From Alphaproteobacteria bacterium (GTDB taxonomy: Bacteria > Pseudomonadota > Alphaproteobacteria > SHVV01), in NCBI GenBank assembly GCA_965261735.1, contig OZ253470.1:4864001-4928000 (forward strand): a stretch of 64,000 nucleotides of DNA, read 5' to 3'. The first letter of the stretch is position 1; every line of letters starts with the position of its first letter. This document shows, piece by piece, positions 50,801-59,957 of this stretch. The notes beneath the pieces are model-generated. The model saw only the letters and a program-made list of their open reading frames with translations. It was not told where the DNA came from and did not search any database. The position numbers were made by a program, and so were the translations under genes.

Positions 50801-51332
50801 CGCCTGCCCCGGGCGGAAAAACATCGACGATGCCTCCCCGAACCGCGACCTCGCCGGGCTCCATGACAGTTCCAGTTCGCCGATATCCGTTGCCGGCGAG
50901 AAAGCGGGTAAGGTCGTCGAGGGCGATCGTGTCGCCTACCGCCGTCCTGAACGACGCGCCCACCAACGCCGCCCGCGGGGGCACCCGCTGCAGGATCGCA
51001 TTCACCGTGGTGACGACCACGACTACCGACGAGCCGGATTCGGCGAGCCGGCTCAAGCTGTTCATGCGCTGGCTCACGATCTCCGGGTTAGGCGAGACGC
51101 GGTCGTAGGGCAGACAGTCCCAGGCCGGGAAGCTCACGACCTCGAGGTCGGCGGCAAAAAAGGCGAGACCCTGGACGACGGCGGCCTGGCGCGCATCGTC
51201 CCTGGCGACGTGAATGAGGCCCGCCGGTGCCGACTGCGCCGCGGCGGCAATCACCAGCGCCTGCAAACCATCGGGCGCGCCGCCAATCTCCGTACGAGTT
51301 CCTGGCGCAAGAGTAATCGTGTTGTTAATCAA
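47790..51332 (-). CDS. mfd: Transcription-repair coupling factor
   Basis: WDCLPYD, CarD-like RID, GDVGFGKT, DEEQHFG, QLRGRIGR; start approximate (TTG just after the sdhE stop). Confidence 0.96.
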   Translation of the reverse strand: MINNTITLAPGTRTEIGGAPDGLQALVIAAAAQSAPAGLIHVARDDARQAAVVQGLAFFAADLEVVSFPAWDCLPYDRVSPNPEIVSQRMNSLSRLAESGSSVVVVVTTVNAILQRVPPRAALVGASFRTAVGDTIALDDLTRFLAGNGYRRTGTVMEPGEVAVRGGIVDVFPPGAGEPVRLDLFGDVIEGIRSFDPLTQRTIRKIDGVELGAVGEVALEDEAIARFRAGYSALFGVAGDDDPLYAAVSAGRRHIGMEHWLPLFHETCETLFDYLPEATLTLDHLVDEAQAARFEAIADYYEARRLRRDVVGAGAAVYKPLPSDRLYLTPAEWERLVAPRAIGALSPYRAPADGHLAVDAGGRDGARFVSERLQPGASVFEGVRDHVRATTAAGRRVVIASYSEGARDRLAKLLKDHGLETLANVESWAAVGRLPRGTAALAVLGLERGFEVDDLVVISEPDILGERLARPPSRRRRAENFIAAASELAEGDLVIHVEHGIGQFTGLKTLDVGDAPHDCLCLVYDGGDRLFIPVENIDVLSRYGSEDAGAALDRLGSTAWQTRKARVKKRLKDIAGQLIAIAAQRHMQPGDPLTPPDGLYDEFCARFPYFETDDQRRAVDEVLGDLATGHPMDRLICGDVGFGKTEVALRSAFIAALAGKQVAVVAPTTLLCRQHFHTFSERFAGLPVCIAQLSRLVSAREAAEVKKGLAAGDIDIVIGTHALLGKNVAFRDLGLLVVDEEQHFGVAHKERLKALRANVHVLTLTATPIPRTLQMALSGVRELSLITTPPADRLAIRTFIMPFDPVVVREAILREHYRGGQIFYICPRIADLPDAARFLKEEVPEVKVGVAHGRLAARQLDRVMNAFYDGGFEVLLCTTIVESGLDIPTANTMIVHRADMFGLAQLYQLRGRIGRSKTRAYAYLTLPPQQMPTAGAEKRLQVMQALDGLGAGFSLASHDLDIRGAGNLLGEEQSGHIREVGLELYQQMLEEAVMAARSAAGEAEAEAEETWSPQINLGTAVLIPETYVADLSVRMGLYRRLARLEARADIDAFGAELIDRFGPLPSEVEHLLAVVAIKQACRVAAVARVDAGPRGATLAFREDSFSDPAALVAYIGAHPETTKLRPDQRLVCMRDWDGVDERLAGVQGLLEELAGVRTQAGAAASPLLASGASSAIVSKS

Positions 51333-51336
51333 TGTT

Positions 51337-51612
51337 TTAACCTGTGTACTTAAAGTTTTGTAGAAGCTGAAGAACGTCCGTGTCGAGCTCATCGGGAGCG
51401 GCGGCGCCTCTCATGATCCAACCCAGGATGTCGGGATCGGGCTCGCCGAGCAGCGCCTCATAGCGATCGAGCTGTTCCGGCGAGAGCTGGTCGATCATGC
51501 GGTCGGAGAAGGGGCCGAGCAGGAGATCGGCCTCGCGCATGCCTCGGTGCCAGCTGCGAAAGCGCAGCTTCTTGCGGCGGACCACGAGGTCACTGTCCCC
51601 ACGCGTCGTCAT
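51337..51612 (-). CDS. sdhE: Succinate dehydrogenase assembly factor SdhE/Sdh5
   Basis: RSWHRGMREADLLLG motif; mfd-sdhE-recG synteny. Confidence 0.9.
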   Translation of the reverse strand: MTTRGDSDLVVRRKKLRFRSWHRGMREADLLLGPFSDRMIDQLSPEQLDRYEALLGEPDPDILGWIMRGAAAPDELDTDVLQLLQNFKYTG

Positions 51613-51718
51613 CGGCTACATCGGCTGCCAACGCAGCTCGACCGCCGGGCGGCTGGCGAGCGGACATGGCGTAAGATAGAGTCGGCCTCCACCCGCGCGA
51701 CTCGTCCAACCGCCGGTC

Positions 51719-53818
51719 ATGCGTCCCGAAATCCTCTTCCCCCTCTTCGCGCCCGTGTCCAGCCTGCCGGGCATCGGTCCGCGGTCGGGCAAGCTTATCG
51801 AAAAGCTCGCCGGGCCGCACGTCGTTGACCTTCTCTGGCACCTACCAACGGGACTCATCGATCGCCGCTTCTCGCCCAAGATAGCGGCTGCGCCCGATGG
51901 CGCCATCGCCACCATCCAGGTCGAGGTCGACGCACACATGGCCCCGCGCGGGCGCCGCCAGCCCTACAAGGTGCGCTGCTTCGACGATACCGGCACGCTC
52001 TACCTCGTCTTTTTCCACGCGCGGCCGGACTACCTCCAAAAGCTCCTCCCGGCGGGCGAGACTCGGGTCATCAGCGGTCGCATCGAACACTACGGGCGGG
52101 AGGTGCAGATGACCCACCCTGACCATATTGGGGCGCCCGCCGACCTTGCCAAGCTGCAGGCGGTCGAGCCCGTCTACGGATTGACCGAGGGTCTGTCGCC
52201 GAAGGTGCTCGGCCGGGCAATGCGTGCCGCGCTCGAGCGGGCGCCCGCGCTGGGCGAGTGGATCGACGCGGACTTCCTGGGGCGCAAGCGCTGGGACGAC
52301 TGGCGGTCGGCGCTACACACGGCCCATGCTCCGCAGTCGGAGGCCGACCTCGCGCCGCCGACGCGCGCGCGAGCCCGGCTCGCCTACGATGAGCTGCTGG
52401 CCAACCAGTTGGCGCTGGCGCTCGTTCGGCGCAGCTCGCGGCGGCGCCCGGGTCGGCGGACGCGCGGCGACGCGCGCCGTAGCGCCCTCGTGCGCGCCGC
52501 GCTCCCCTTTTCGCCGACGGCATCGCAAGAGGCGGCCCTCGCCGACATCGCCGCCGACATGGCCGCGCCGACGCCGATGCTGAGGCTCCTGCAGGGCGAC
52601 GTCGGCAGCGGCAAGACGGTGGTCGCACTGCTGGCCATGCTGATCGCCGTCGAGAGCGGCGCCCAGGCGGCTCTAATGGCGCCGACCGATCTCCTGGCCC
52701 GGCAGCACTTTTCCGTACTCGAGCCGCTGGCGCGGGCGGCGCAAGCGAGGATCGCGCTGCTCACCGGCCGCGACAAGGGCAAGGAGCGCACGAAGCGGCT
52801 CGGGGAACTCAGCGCCGGTGAGATCGACATTCTCGTTGGCACCCACGCACTGTTCCAGAAGGACGTGGCGTTTCGCGACCTGGCCTTGGTGGTGATCGAC
52901 GAACAGCACCGCTTCGGCGTGCGACAGCGGCTTGCGCTCGCCGACAAGAGCGCGTCGGCTAGCGGTCCCGATGCCGTCGATACGCTGCTCATGACCGCGA
53001 CGCCGATCCCGCGCACGCTGGCGCTCACCGTGTACGGCGACACCGAGGTCTCGCAGCTAACCGAAAAGCCGGCGGGCCGCAAGCCGATCGATACCCGCGC
53101 CATGCCGATCGGTCGCCTCGGGTCGGTGGTTGCCGCCGTGGCCCGCGCCGTCGAGGGCGGCGGGCGCGTCTATTGGGTATGCCCGTTGGTCGCCGACTCC
53201 GAGGACCTCGATCTCGCCGCCGCGGAAGCGCGCCACGACAGCCTCGTCGAGCGCTTCGGCGGCCGGGTCGGCCTGGTGCACGGGCGCCTAAAGAAAGGCG
53301 CGCGCGATGCCACCATGCAGGCTTTCGTCGACGGGGCGATCGACATCCTCGTCGCGACCACGATGATCGAGGTTGGGGTTGACGTCCCCGAGGCCACGGT
53401 AATGGTCATCGAACACGCTGAGCGCTTCGGCCTGGCGCAGCTCCATCAGCTACGCGGGCGCGTCGGCCGCGGTGCCGGCCAGGCGACCTGTCTGCTCCTG
53501 TACGCGACCCCGCTCGGCGAGACCGCCTGCGCGCGCATCAACATCCTGCGCCAGTCCGACGACGGCTTCTTCATCGCCGAGGAGGATCTGCGGCTACGTG
53601 GCTCCGGCGAGGTCCTCGGCGTCCGCCAGAGCGGGGCACCGCTCTTCCGCATCGCCGACATCGCCTATCACGCGGACCTGCTCGCCGTGGCTCGGGATCA
53701 AGCGCGCCTCGTGCTCGAGCGCGACCCCGAGCTCAAGGGCGCTCACGGCCGAGCGCTGCGCCACCTACTGTACCTGTTCGAGCGTGACGCGGCGGTTCGC
53801 ACCCTGCGCTCGGGTTAA
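51719..53818 (+). CDS. recG: ATP-dependent DNA helicase RecG
   Basis: GDVGSGKT, DEQHRFG, TATPIPRTL, QLHQLRGRVGRG. Confidence 0.96.
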   Translation: MRPEILFPLFAPVSSLPGIGPRSGKLIEKLAGPHVVDLLWHLPTGLIDRRFSPKIAAAPDGAIATIQVEVDAHMAPRGRRQPYKVRCFDDTGTLYLVFFHARPDYLQKLLPAGETRVISGRIEHYGREVQMTHPDHIGAPADLAKLQAVEPVYGLTEGLSPKVLGRAMRAALERAPALGEWIDADFLGRKRWDDWRSALHTAHAPQSEADLAPPTRARARLAYDELLANQLALALVRRSSRRRPGRRTRGDARRSALVRAALPFSPTASQEAALADIAADMAAPTPMLRLLQGDVGSGKTVVALLAMLIAVESGAQAALMAPTDLLARQHFSVLEPLARAAQARIALLTGRDKGKERTKRLGELSAGEIDILVGTHALFQKDVAFRDLALVVIDEQHRFGVRQRLALADKSASASGPDAVDTLLMTATPIPRTLALTVYGDTEVSQLTEKPAGRKPIDTRAMPIGRLGSVVAAVARAVEGGGRVYWVCPLVADSEDLDLAAAEARHDSLVERFGGRVGLVHGRLKKGARDATMQAFVDGAIDILVATTMIEVGVDVPEATVMVIEHAERFGLAQLHQLRGRVGRGAGQATCLLLYATPLGETACARINILRQSDDGFFIAEEDLRLRGSGEVLGVRQSGAPLFRIADIAYHADLLAVARDQARLVLERDPELKGAHGRALRHLLYLFERDAAVRTLRSG

Positions 53819-53835
53819 TCCTCGGCCCTAGGCTC

Positions 53836-54594
53836 TCAGACGGCCTTTTCGGCGGCGCGATCGGGCGGCGGCTCGGCCGCTTCAGCCAGCTTGATCTCCT
53901 CCGCGCGCGAGTCTGGAGGCGTCACCAGTCCGCCGGAGATCACCATCTTGATCCCCTCCTCCACCGTCATGTCGAGGTGGATCAAGTCATCGCGCGGGAC
54001 GAGGAGGAGGAAGCCCGACGTCGGATTCGGGGTCGTCGGCAGGAAGATGTTGACGACCTCCTCTCGAATGAGACGCTGGGCCTCTCCTTGGGTCGTGCTG
54101 GTGACGAAGGCGAACGCCCACAATCCCTGCCGGGGATACTCGACCAGCACGACCTCGCGGAACGATTTCGACGACTGAGCGAGTACGGTCTCGAATATCT
54201 GCTTGAGCGCACCGTAGACACTGCGCACGATCGGCATGCGCGCGACCATGCGCTCGCCGATGCCGACGATGGTGCGGCCGAGGACGTTGGCGGCAATAGC
54301 GCCGATGAGGGTGAGTGCGACGATCGCGACGACGAGCCCGAGGCCGGGCACATCGACGGGTAGATAGGTATCCGGATTCAGCCACTCGGGGATCAGCGGC
54401 TTGACGCGGTCGTCTACGAACGAGACGAACAGCTGCGCTACATAGACCGTGATACCTATGGGCGCCGCGACGACGATGCCGGTAAGGAAGTAAGTCCTGA
54501 GCCGACGCCACAGGCTCGGCTTGACCGGCAACAACAGCTGCGGCCGGGGAGGCGCGCCGGGGGAACCGCGGTCGTCGCTTAGATCGTCATTCAT
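53836..54594 (-). CDS. DUF502 membrane protein
   Basis: VLVEYPR, FLPTTPNPTSGF, MTVEEG motifs. Confidence 0.88.
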   Translation of the reverse strand: MNDDLSDDRGSPGAPPRPQLLLPVKPSLWRRLRTYFLTGIVVAAPIGITVYVAQLFVSFVDDRVKPLIPEWLNPDTYLPVDVPGLGLVVAIVALTLIGAIAANVLGRTIVGIGERMVARMPIVRSVYGALKQIFETVLAQSSKSFREVVLVEYPRQGLWAFAFVTSTTQGEAQRLIREEVVNIFLPTTPNPTSGFLLLVPRDDLIHLDMTVEEGIKMVISGGLVTPPDSRAEEIKLAEAAEPPPDRAAEKAV

Positions 54595-54829
54595 CGCACC
54601 ACCATGGCATCGGCACGCCGAGGCTGTCGGCCCGCGACCGCCTGCAAGTATCCGCGGGTCGCTCTCAATCGCCCATCTGCGCTCTAGTATACGACCCCCA
54701 CGGGCCGTTTCGGAAATCGAGCTTGCGCGATGCCGCGATCGAGCACTTCGCGGCGGCTCGGAAAGCGGGTAGACTCGGCATCGTCCATCGTGCCGCAAGC
54801 ACGCTGGTGCATCCGGCAAGATCTGACCG

Positions 54830-55876
54830 ATGATCCCCATACCCCGAGTTCTGTCGCTGGCCACCGCGGTCCCACCGCACGTCCTTAGGCAAGAAGATGT
54901 GATGCCCGCGGCCTTGGAGCTCTTCGTGGGCTCGAGCGATCGCTTTTCACAGCTCCAGGCAGTCTATACCAACGCCAACATCGACACTCGTTACTCATGT
55001 GTCCCGCTGTCGTGGTACCGCGAGCCGCACGACTTCACCGAGCGCAACCGACTTTACGTCGAGAACGCCGTCGATCTTCTCGAGCGTGCCGCCGTTTTGT
55101 GCATCGAACGGGCGGGGTTGGGGATCGCGGATGTCGACGGGATTGTCGTCGCCTCGAGCACCGGGATTGCGACGCCAACGCTGGACGCACTGCTGATGGA
55201 GCGCCTGAAGATGCGCCGCGACCTGCGCCGGCTGCCGATCTTCGGCCTCGGATGTGCGGGCGGCGTTATCGGCATGGCCCGCGCCGCGGCGCAGGCGCGC
55301 GCCGAGCCCGATCTGCGTATCCTGTTCCTCGTGGTCGAGCTGTGCGGGTTGACGTTCCGCTTTCGCGACCGCAGCAAGAGCAACATCATCGCCACGGCCC
55401 TCTTCGGCGACGGTGCCGCGGGTGCCCTCATCAGCTGCTCGGGAAGCGGGCCCGCGATCGTCGGCTGGAGCGAACACACTTTCCCCGACTCGCTGGACGT
55501 TATGGGTTGGGACGTGCGCAACGACGGGCTCGCGATCGTCTTTTCGCGCCATATTCCGGCGCTGATCCGCGACGAGATGCGCAGCACCGCCAGCGAATGC
55601 CTCGCGCGCCAGGGGCTGAGCCTGAAGGACATAGACTGCTACGTCTGCCATCCCGGCGGGGCCAAGGTGCTCGATGCCCTCGAGGAGGTATTCGGGCTGC
55701 CACCGGGCGGGCTCGTGCACTCGCGCCGGGTGCTGCGCGCGTTCGGCAACATGTCGGCGGCAACGGTCCTCTTCGTGCTCGAGGAGGCGCTCGCCGCGGG
55801 CAGCGCCCGACGCTACCTGTTGTCGAGCCTGGGCCCGGGCTTTACCGCCGGCTTCCTCACCCTCGAGGCGGCGTGA
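54830..55876 (+). CDS. Type III polyketide synthase (SrsA/BpsA-like)
   Basis: Catalytic triad GLGCAGG, CHPGG, GNMS; ALFGDG; GPGF. Confidence 0.92.
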   Translation: MIPIPRVLSLATAVPPHVLRQEDVMPAALELFVGSSDRFSQLQAVYTNANIDTRYSCVPLSWYREPHDFTERNRLYVENAVDLLERAAVLCIERAGLGIADVDGIVVASSTGIATPTLDALLMERLKMRRDLRRLPIFGLGCAGGVIGMARAAAQARAEPDLRILFLVVELCGLTFRFRDRSKSNIIATALFGDGAAGALISCSGSGPAIVGWSEHTFPDSLDVMGWDVRNDGLAIVFSRHIPALIRDEMRSTASECLARQGLSLKDIDCYVCHPGGAKVLDALEEVFGLPPGGLVHSRRVLRAFGNMSAATVLFVLEEALAAGSARRYLLSSLGPGFTAGFLTLEAA

Positions 55877-56382
55877 CCGCGGTCACGATCGTCGTCCTCC
55901 TCGTCGCCCTGCAACGACTCGCCGAGCTCGTCTACGCCCGGCGCAATACGACCCGGTTGCTCGCCGCGGGCGGCATCGAGCACGGCGCGCGCCACTACCG
56001 CCTGTTCGTCGTGCTGCACGGCGGCTGGCTCATCGCCGTTTTCGCCTTCGCGGACCCGGCGGCGCCCTTGAGCGCTCCTCTGCTCGTGCTGTTCGTCGCC
56101 CTGCAGGTCGCGCGTCTCTGGGTTATCGCGAGTCTCGGCCGCTACTGGACCACGCGCGTCATTACCGTCCCCGGCGCACCACTCATCCGCCACGGACCCT
56201 ACCGCTTCATGCGCCACCCCAATTACGCGATCGTCGTCGCGGAGATTGCCGTGCTCCCCCTAGTATTCGGAGAGTGGGCGCTTGCGCTGGTGTTCTCGGC
56301 GCTCAACCTCGCGTTGCTACGCTACCGCATCCGCGTCGAGAACGTCGCGCTCGCCGAACGAGTCGCGACGGGGCCGGGCTGA
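55873..56382 (+). CDS. Isoprenylcysteine carboxyl methyltransferase family (SrsB/BpsB-like)
   Basis: QRLAEL, SLGRYWTTR, GPYRFMRHPNY, RIRVE; GTGA overlap with the PKS. Confidence 0.9.
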   Translation: MTAVTIVVLLVALQRLAELVYARRNTTRLLAAGGIEHGARHYRLFVVLHGGWLIAVFAFADPAAPLSAPLLVLFVALQVARLWVIASLGRYWTTRVITVPGAPLIRHGPYRFMRHPNYAIVVAEIAVLPLVFGEWALALVFSALNLALLRYRIRVENVALAERVATGPG

Positions 56383-56444
56383 CCGCTTGGCAGCACAGCG
56401 CGCAATAAGTTAGATTACGGCCCAGCGAGACCAGGGGGCGAAGT

Positions 56445-56969
56445 GTGCGGGCAGGGGGATTGACCATACGTTTGGTCGCTGCGGTCGCGGGCATCGTGTT
56501 CGCCGCCTGCATCGCGGGGCCTGCTCGCGCCGACTTCGAGAGCGCCGTCGCCGCCTACGAGGCCGGGGATTACGCCGCCGCCATCGCCGAGTTCCGCCGC
56601 GAGTCGGAGCGCGGTCAGGCCGCCGCCGATTTCATGCTCGGTGTCATATACTTCTACGGCAGGGGCGTGGCGCGCGACGACGGTATCGCCGCCGTATGGT
56701 TCCACAAGGCCGCCGGCAAGGGTTACGCGGGCGCGCAGCTCGCCTACGGATCACTCCATGTTCGCGGGGTCGGTGTTCGCCGCGACCCCTTCGCGGCATA
56801 CTTCTGGCTCACCCTGGCCGGCGACAGCGGGATTGCCGGCCTCCAGCAGCAGGCCATCGTGCTGCGCGATGACGCGGCACGCACGCTCACGCCATCGGAA
56901 ATCGAGCGGGCCCAGCGCCAGGCCGGGCGCTGGAAGCCGACCAGAGCGGGGCTCGTGATCCAGAACTAG
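56445..56969 (+). CDS. SEL1-repeat secreted protein
   Basis: Signal peptide; FMLGVIYFYGRGVARD and AQLAYGSLHVRGVGV repeats. Confidence 0.8.
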   Translation: MRAGGLTIRLVAAVAGIVFAACIAGPARADFESAVAAYEAGDYAAAIAEFRRESERGQAAADFMLGVIYFYGRGVARDDGIAAVWFHKAAGKGYAGAQLAYGSLHVRGVGVRRDPFAAYFWLTLAGDSGIAGLQQQAIVLRDDAARTLTPSEIERAQRQAGRWKPTRAGLVIQN

Positions 56970-56986
56970 AGGCGCGCGCCTCCCTG

Positions 56987-58660
56987 TTACTCGAACAGCG
57001 ATGGGTTGGCGCCGATGCCGCCCCGATTCCAGATCGCCACGAACCGGCTGCGAAAGGGCTGCACGAACTCTGGCCCCGTTTCGGACACGACTGGCGCCTC
57101 GCGGTGATAGACGATGACGCGCCCGTCGGGGTGGCGAGCTAGCCAGCTCGCCAAGTTCTCGCGCGCGAGGATCGCGATCGGCCGCTCGAGACGGCCGATA
57201 AAATGATACTGGCCATGGTATTTCCAGAGCTGGGCCAGGGGCCGGCCCGCGTCCTCGTGAGCCGCCAGGCGGACCGCCGCGGGTCTGAGGTCGAAGTGGA
57301 CGGCCACCGCTCGCGCACCGAAAACGTGGACAACCGCCACGAGCAGCAGCATCAGCAGCGCCGGCTGGAGCGCACCGGGAGCGTCGGCGCGCGGCCTGAA
57401 GACGGCGGCGAGGGCGCCCGCGCCGACGAGGATCAAGCCGGGCCAGGGCGTAAGCACCGGGGCCCAAAGGGAGGTGCCAATTCGGACCTGTGCCTCGGTA
57501 TCGGCGGCGACCCAAGCCGCGAGCGCCAACCACGCCAAACCAAGCGCCGCGAAGGCCGCGCCCGGCACCACATACTCGTCCCGCCGGCCGGCACCGGCGT
57601 ACGCGGACAGCGCGCGCGCACCGATGAGTGCCAGCGCCGGTATGAGCGGTAACGCATAGTGCGGCTGCTTGCCGCTGATGAAGGACAGCAAGACGAAGGC
57701 CGCGGCCGCCCATGCGAGACAGAACCGGACGCCCTCGTCGCCCCAGCGTAGCGAGCGCAGCGCGCGCCACAGCCGCGGCCAGATCAGCCACGGCAGCAGC
57801 GACAACGGCACGAACAGGACATAGCTCCATAGCGGGCGTCCGTGCGCGAAGGAGTCGGCAATGCGGCCCGTGGTCTGGCCCCAGAGGATCGCCCGCCCGT
57901 AGTCGGGGCCGCCCGCCAACGCTGCCGGCACGGCCCAGCCGAAGGCGACCAGCGCACAAACCGCGAGCGCGGCAAAGGCGCCGAGGTACCATCGGAGCCA
58001 TCCACGGTTGGGCGGCTCATCGCACCACCACGGAGCGAGCAGCGCCGCCGGCAGCGTGAAGACGAGGATGACGGGACCCTTGGTGAGCACGCCCACCCCC
58101 ATGGCCAGCCCCGCGATCAGCCAGCCGGCCGGCACCGAGCGCCGCCGGGCCAGCGCTATCCCCGTCAGCGCCACGAGCGCGAACAGGGTGACCAGCGTGT
58201 CGAACATCGCCACGGTCATGGTCACCGCAAACAACAGGCTGCCGAGCACGACGATCGGCGCGAGGCGTGCCGCCTTGGCATCCGCCGGCCACAACAGCCG
58301 GGCAAGCACGTAGGTCGCGAACAGGCTCGCGAGTCCCGACAGCGGGGCGACCAGGCGCAGCCACAGCTCGCTCACGCCGAACACCCACCACCCTGCCGTG
58401 ATCAGCCAGAACAGGACCGGCGGTTTGTGGCTGTAGGTCTCGCCGTTGAGGTGGGGAACCAGAGAGTCGCCGCCGAGCCACATCTCCCAGGCGACGGCGG
58501 CGTAGCGCGTTTCGTCGATCGGCAGGAGCGGCCGCATCGCCAGTGCGACGACGACGGTGCCCGCCCACAGGCCGGTCCACAGCGCCGCGGCCCAGAAAGC
58601 GCGTGCACCGCCCGGGTCCGGCAGGCCGCGGGAGGCGCCGGCGTCGGGGGCGGCCCTCAT
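56987..58660 (-). CDS. ArnT/GT39(83)-type polyprenol-sugar glycosyltransferase
   Basis: DETRY, YSHKPP, TKGP, SGKQPHY; multi-TM. Confidence 0.85.
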   Translation of the reverse strand: MRAAPDAGASRGLPDPGGARAFWAAALWTGLWAGTVVVALAMRPLLPIDETRYAAVAWEMWLGGDSLVPHLNGETYSHKPPVLFWLITAGWWVFGVSELWLRLVAPLSGLASLFATYVLARLLWPADAKAARLAPIVVLGSLLFAVTMTVAMFDTLVTLFALVALTGIALARRRSVPAGWLIAGLAMGVGVLTKGPVILVFTLPAALLAPWWCDEPPNRGWLRWYLGAFAALAVCALVAFGWAVPAALAGGPDYGRAILWGQTTGRIADSFAHGRPLWSYVLFVPLSLLPWLIWPRLWRALRSLRWGDEGVRFCLAWAAAAFVLLSFISGKQPHYALPLIPALALIGARALSAYAGAGRRDEYVVPGAAFAALGLAWLALAAWVAADTEAQVRIGTSLWAPVLTPWPGLILVGAGALAAVFRPRADAPGALQPALLMLLLVAVVHVFGARAVAVHFDLRPAAVRLAAHEDAGRPLAQLWKYHGQYHFIGRLERPIAILARENLASWLARHPDGRVIVYHREAPVVSETGPEFVQPFRSRFVAIWNRGGIGANPSLFE

Positions 58661-58938
58661 CCTCCGGCGACGCGTGCCCGTCGCTCGCGGAAAATGAGAT
58701 GAATGTTGCGGCTGTAAACGAACAGGCCGCCAAACTGTCCAACGATGAACACCGGGTCCATGCGAAACAGGGCGTAGGCCAGCAGCGTCGCGCCGCCGGC
58801 CAGCCGCAGGTACCAAAAGACATGCGGAATCATGCTGCGCCCCTTGCGCTCACTCTGCACCCATTGGACGGCAAAGCTCGACGCGAACAACGCCTGTCCG
58901 AGAAAGCCGACCGCGATCCAGATCGGATTCGCGTCCAT
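58657..58938 (-). CDS. Lipid A biosynthesis N-terminal (LAB_N) domain protein
   Basis: GFLGQALF..QW..SE..S..P..FW; DPVFIVGQ; YSRN. Confidence 0.85.
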   Translation of the reverse strand: MDANPIWIAVGFLGQALFASSFAVQWVQSERKGRSMIPHVFWYLRLAGGATLLAYALFRMDPVFIVGQFGGLFVYSRNIHLIFRERRARVAGG

Positions 58939-58941
58939 GGA

Positions 58942-59805
58942 CTACTCCTCTTGCGGTGTATCTCGTGCCGTTTCCGGCGGGGTCTCGACGAACAGCTCCT
59001 GTGCATCGGCCTGGGCCAGCGTTCGCCGTTGAAGCCACTTCACGCCGAGCAAATCGATGACGCCCACGGACAGGCGATCGAAAACGCCGTAGTGCGTCCG
59101 GCCGGTACGCCGCGCGCGGTGGGTCACGTCGATCAACGTTACGCTGCCGCCGGCGCTGAGGAACAGGGCGGGCAGGAAGCGGTGCGCGTGGTCGAACGCC
59201 GGCAGCGCCAGGAACGCGTCCCTCGCAAACAGCTTGAGGCCGCACCCCGTATCGGGAGTCCGGTCGTCGAGCCATCGGCTGCGTACCCCATTAGCGATGC
59301 GCGAAGACACGCGCTTGGTCAGGCTGTCGCGGCGCTTGCGCCGTTGGCCGGCGACGAGCCGCGGCTCGCGATCCGGCGCCCCATCGTCCCACGCCGCGCG
59401 GAGGCGTGCGATATCGGCCGGGTCATTCTGTCCGTCGCCATCGAAGGTCGCGACGAGCGGCGCCCGCGCAGCGCGCACGCCGCTCCAAATAGCGGCGGTC
59501 TGGCCCCGCCTCGCGCCATGTCGTAGGCACCGCAGCTGGGCGTGTCGGCGTGCTGCCACGCCCAGGACCGTGGCCGTGTCATCGCTGCTGCAATCGTCCA
59601 CGACGATGATCTCGTAGCTCGCTCCGCCTCCCAGGGCCGACGCAATCTCGTCGATGAGACCTAGGAGCGCGGCGGATTCGTTGTGGGCGGGCACGACCAC
59701 GGACAGCTCCACCGGCGCCGCCGCGGCCGCGCGCTGCGGTGCCGGGGCGATCGTCACGGCTGGTCCCGGTTCCGCGTTCGCCAATCTGCTGAGTCGACCC
59801 GTCAT
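58942..59805 (-). CDS. GT2 polyprenol-phosphate glycosyltransferase (RgtE/DPM1-like)
   Basis: VVVPAHNE, VDDCSSD, DGDGQNDP, DTGCGLK, HRFLP; start approximate. Confidence 0.88.
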   Translation of the reverse strand: MTGRLSRLANAEPGPAVTIAPAPQRAAAAAPVELSVVVPAHNESAALLGLIDEIASALGGGASYEIIVVDDCSSDDTATVLGVAARRHAQLRCLRHGARRGQTAAIWSGVRAARAPLVATFDGDGQNDPADIARLRAAWDDGAPDREPRLVAGQRRKRRDSLTKRVSSRIANGVRSRWLDDRTPDTGCGLKLFARDAFLALPAFDHAHRFLPALFLSAGGSVTLIDVTHRARRTGRTHYGVFDRLSVGVIDLLGVKWLQRRTLAQADAQELFVETPPETARDTPQEE

Positions 59806-59957
59806 CCCTGTCGCCGCTACTGGGAGGGTGCCGCGATATAGCACGCCGAGTCGTGGTGCGAACACCAGATATTGCTGAGGGGCTGAGGGTGTTCGCTGTC
59901 ACGTTACGTCACGCAATTGATTGACATGGCAGGGCAAGGTGTTGTTAACCCTCATTC

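Noticed and set aside
51320-51360. CtrA boxes in the AT-rich sdhE/mfd junction
   Set aside because: TTAA half-sites are spaced by 8 and 9 nt rather than 7; the similar motif at about 45696 is only a half-site
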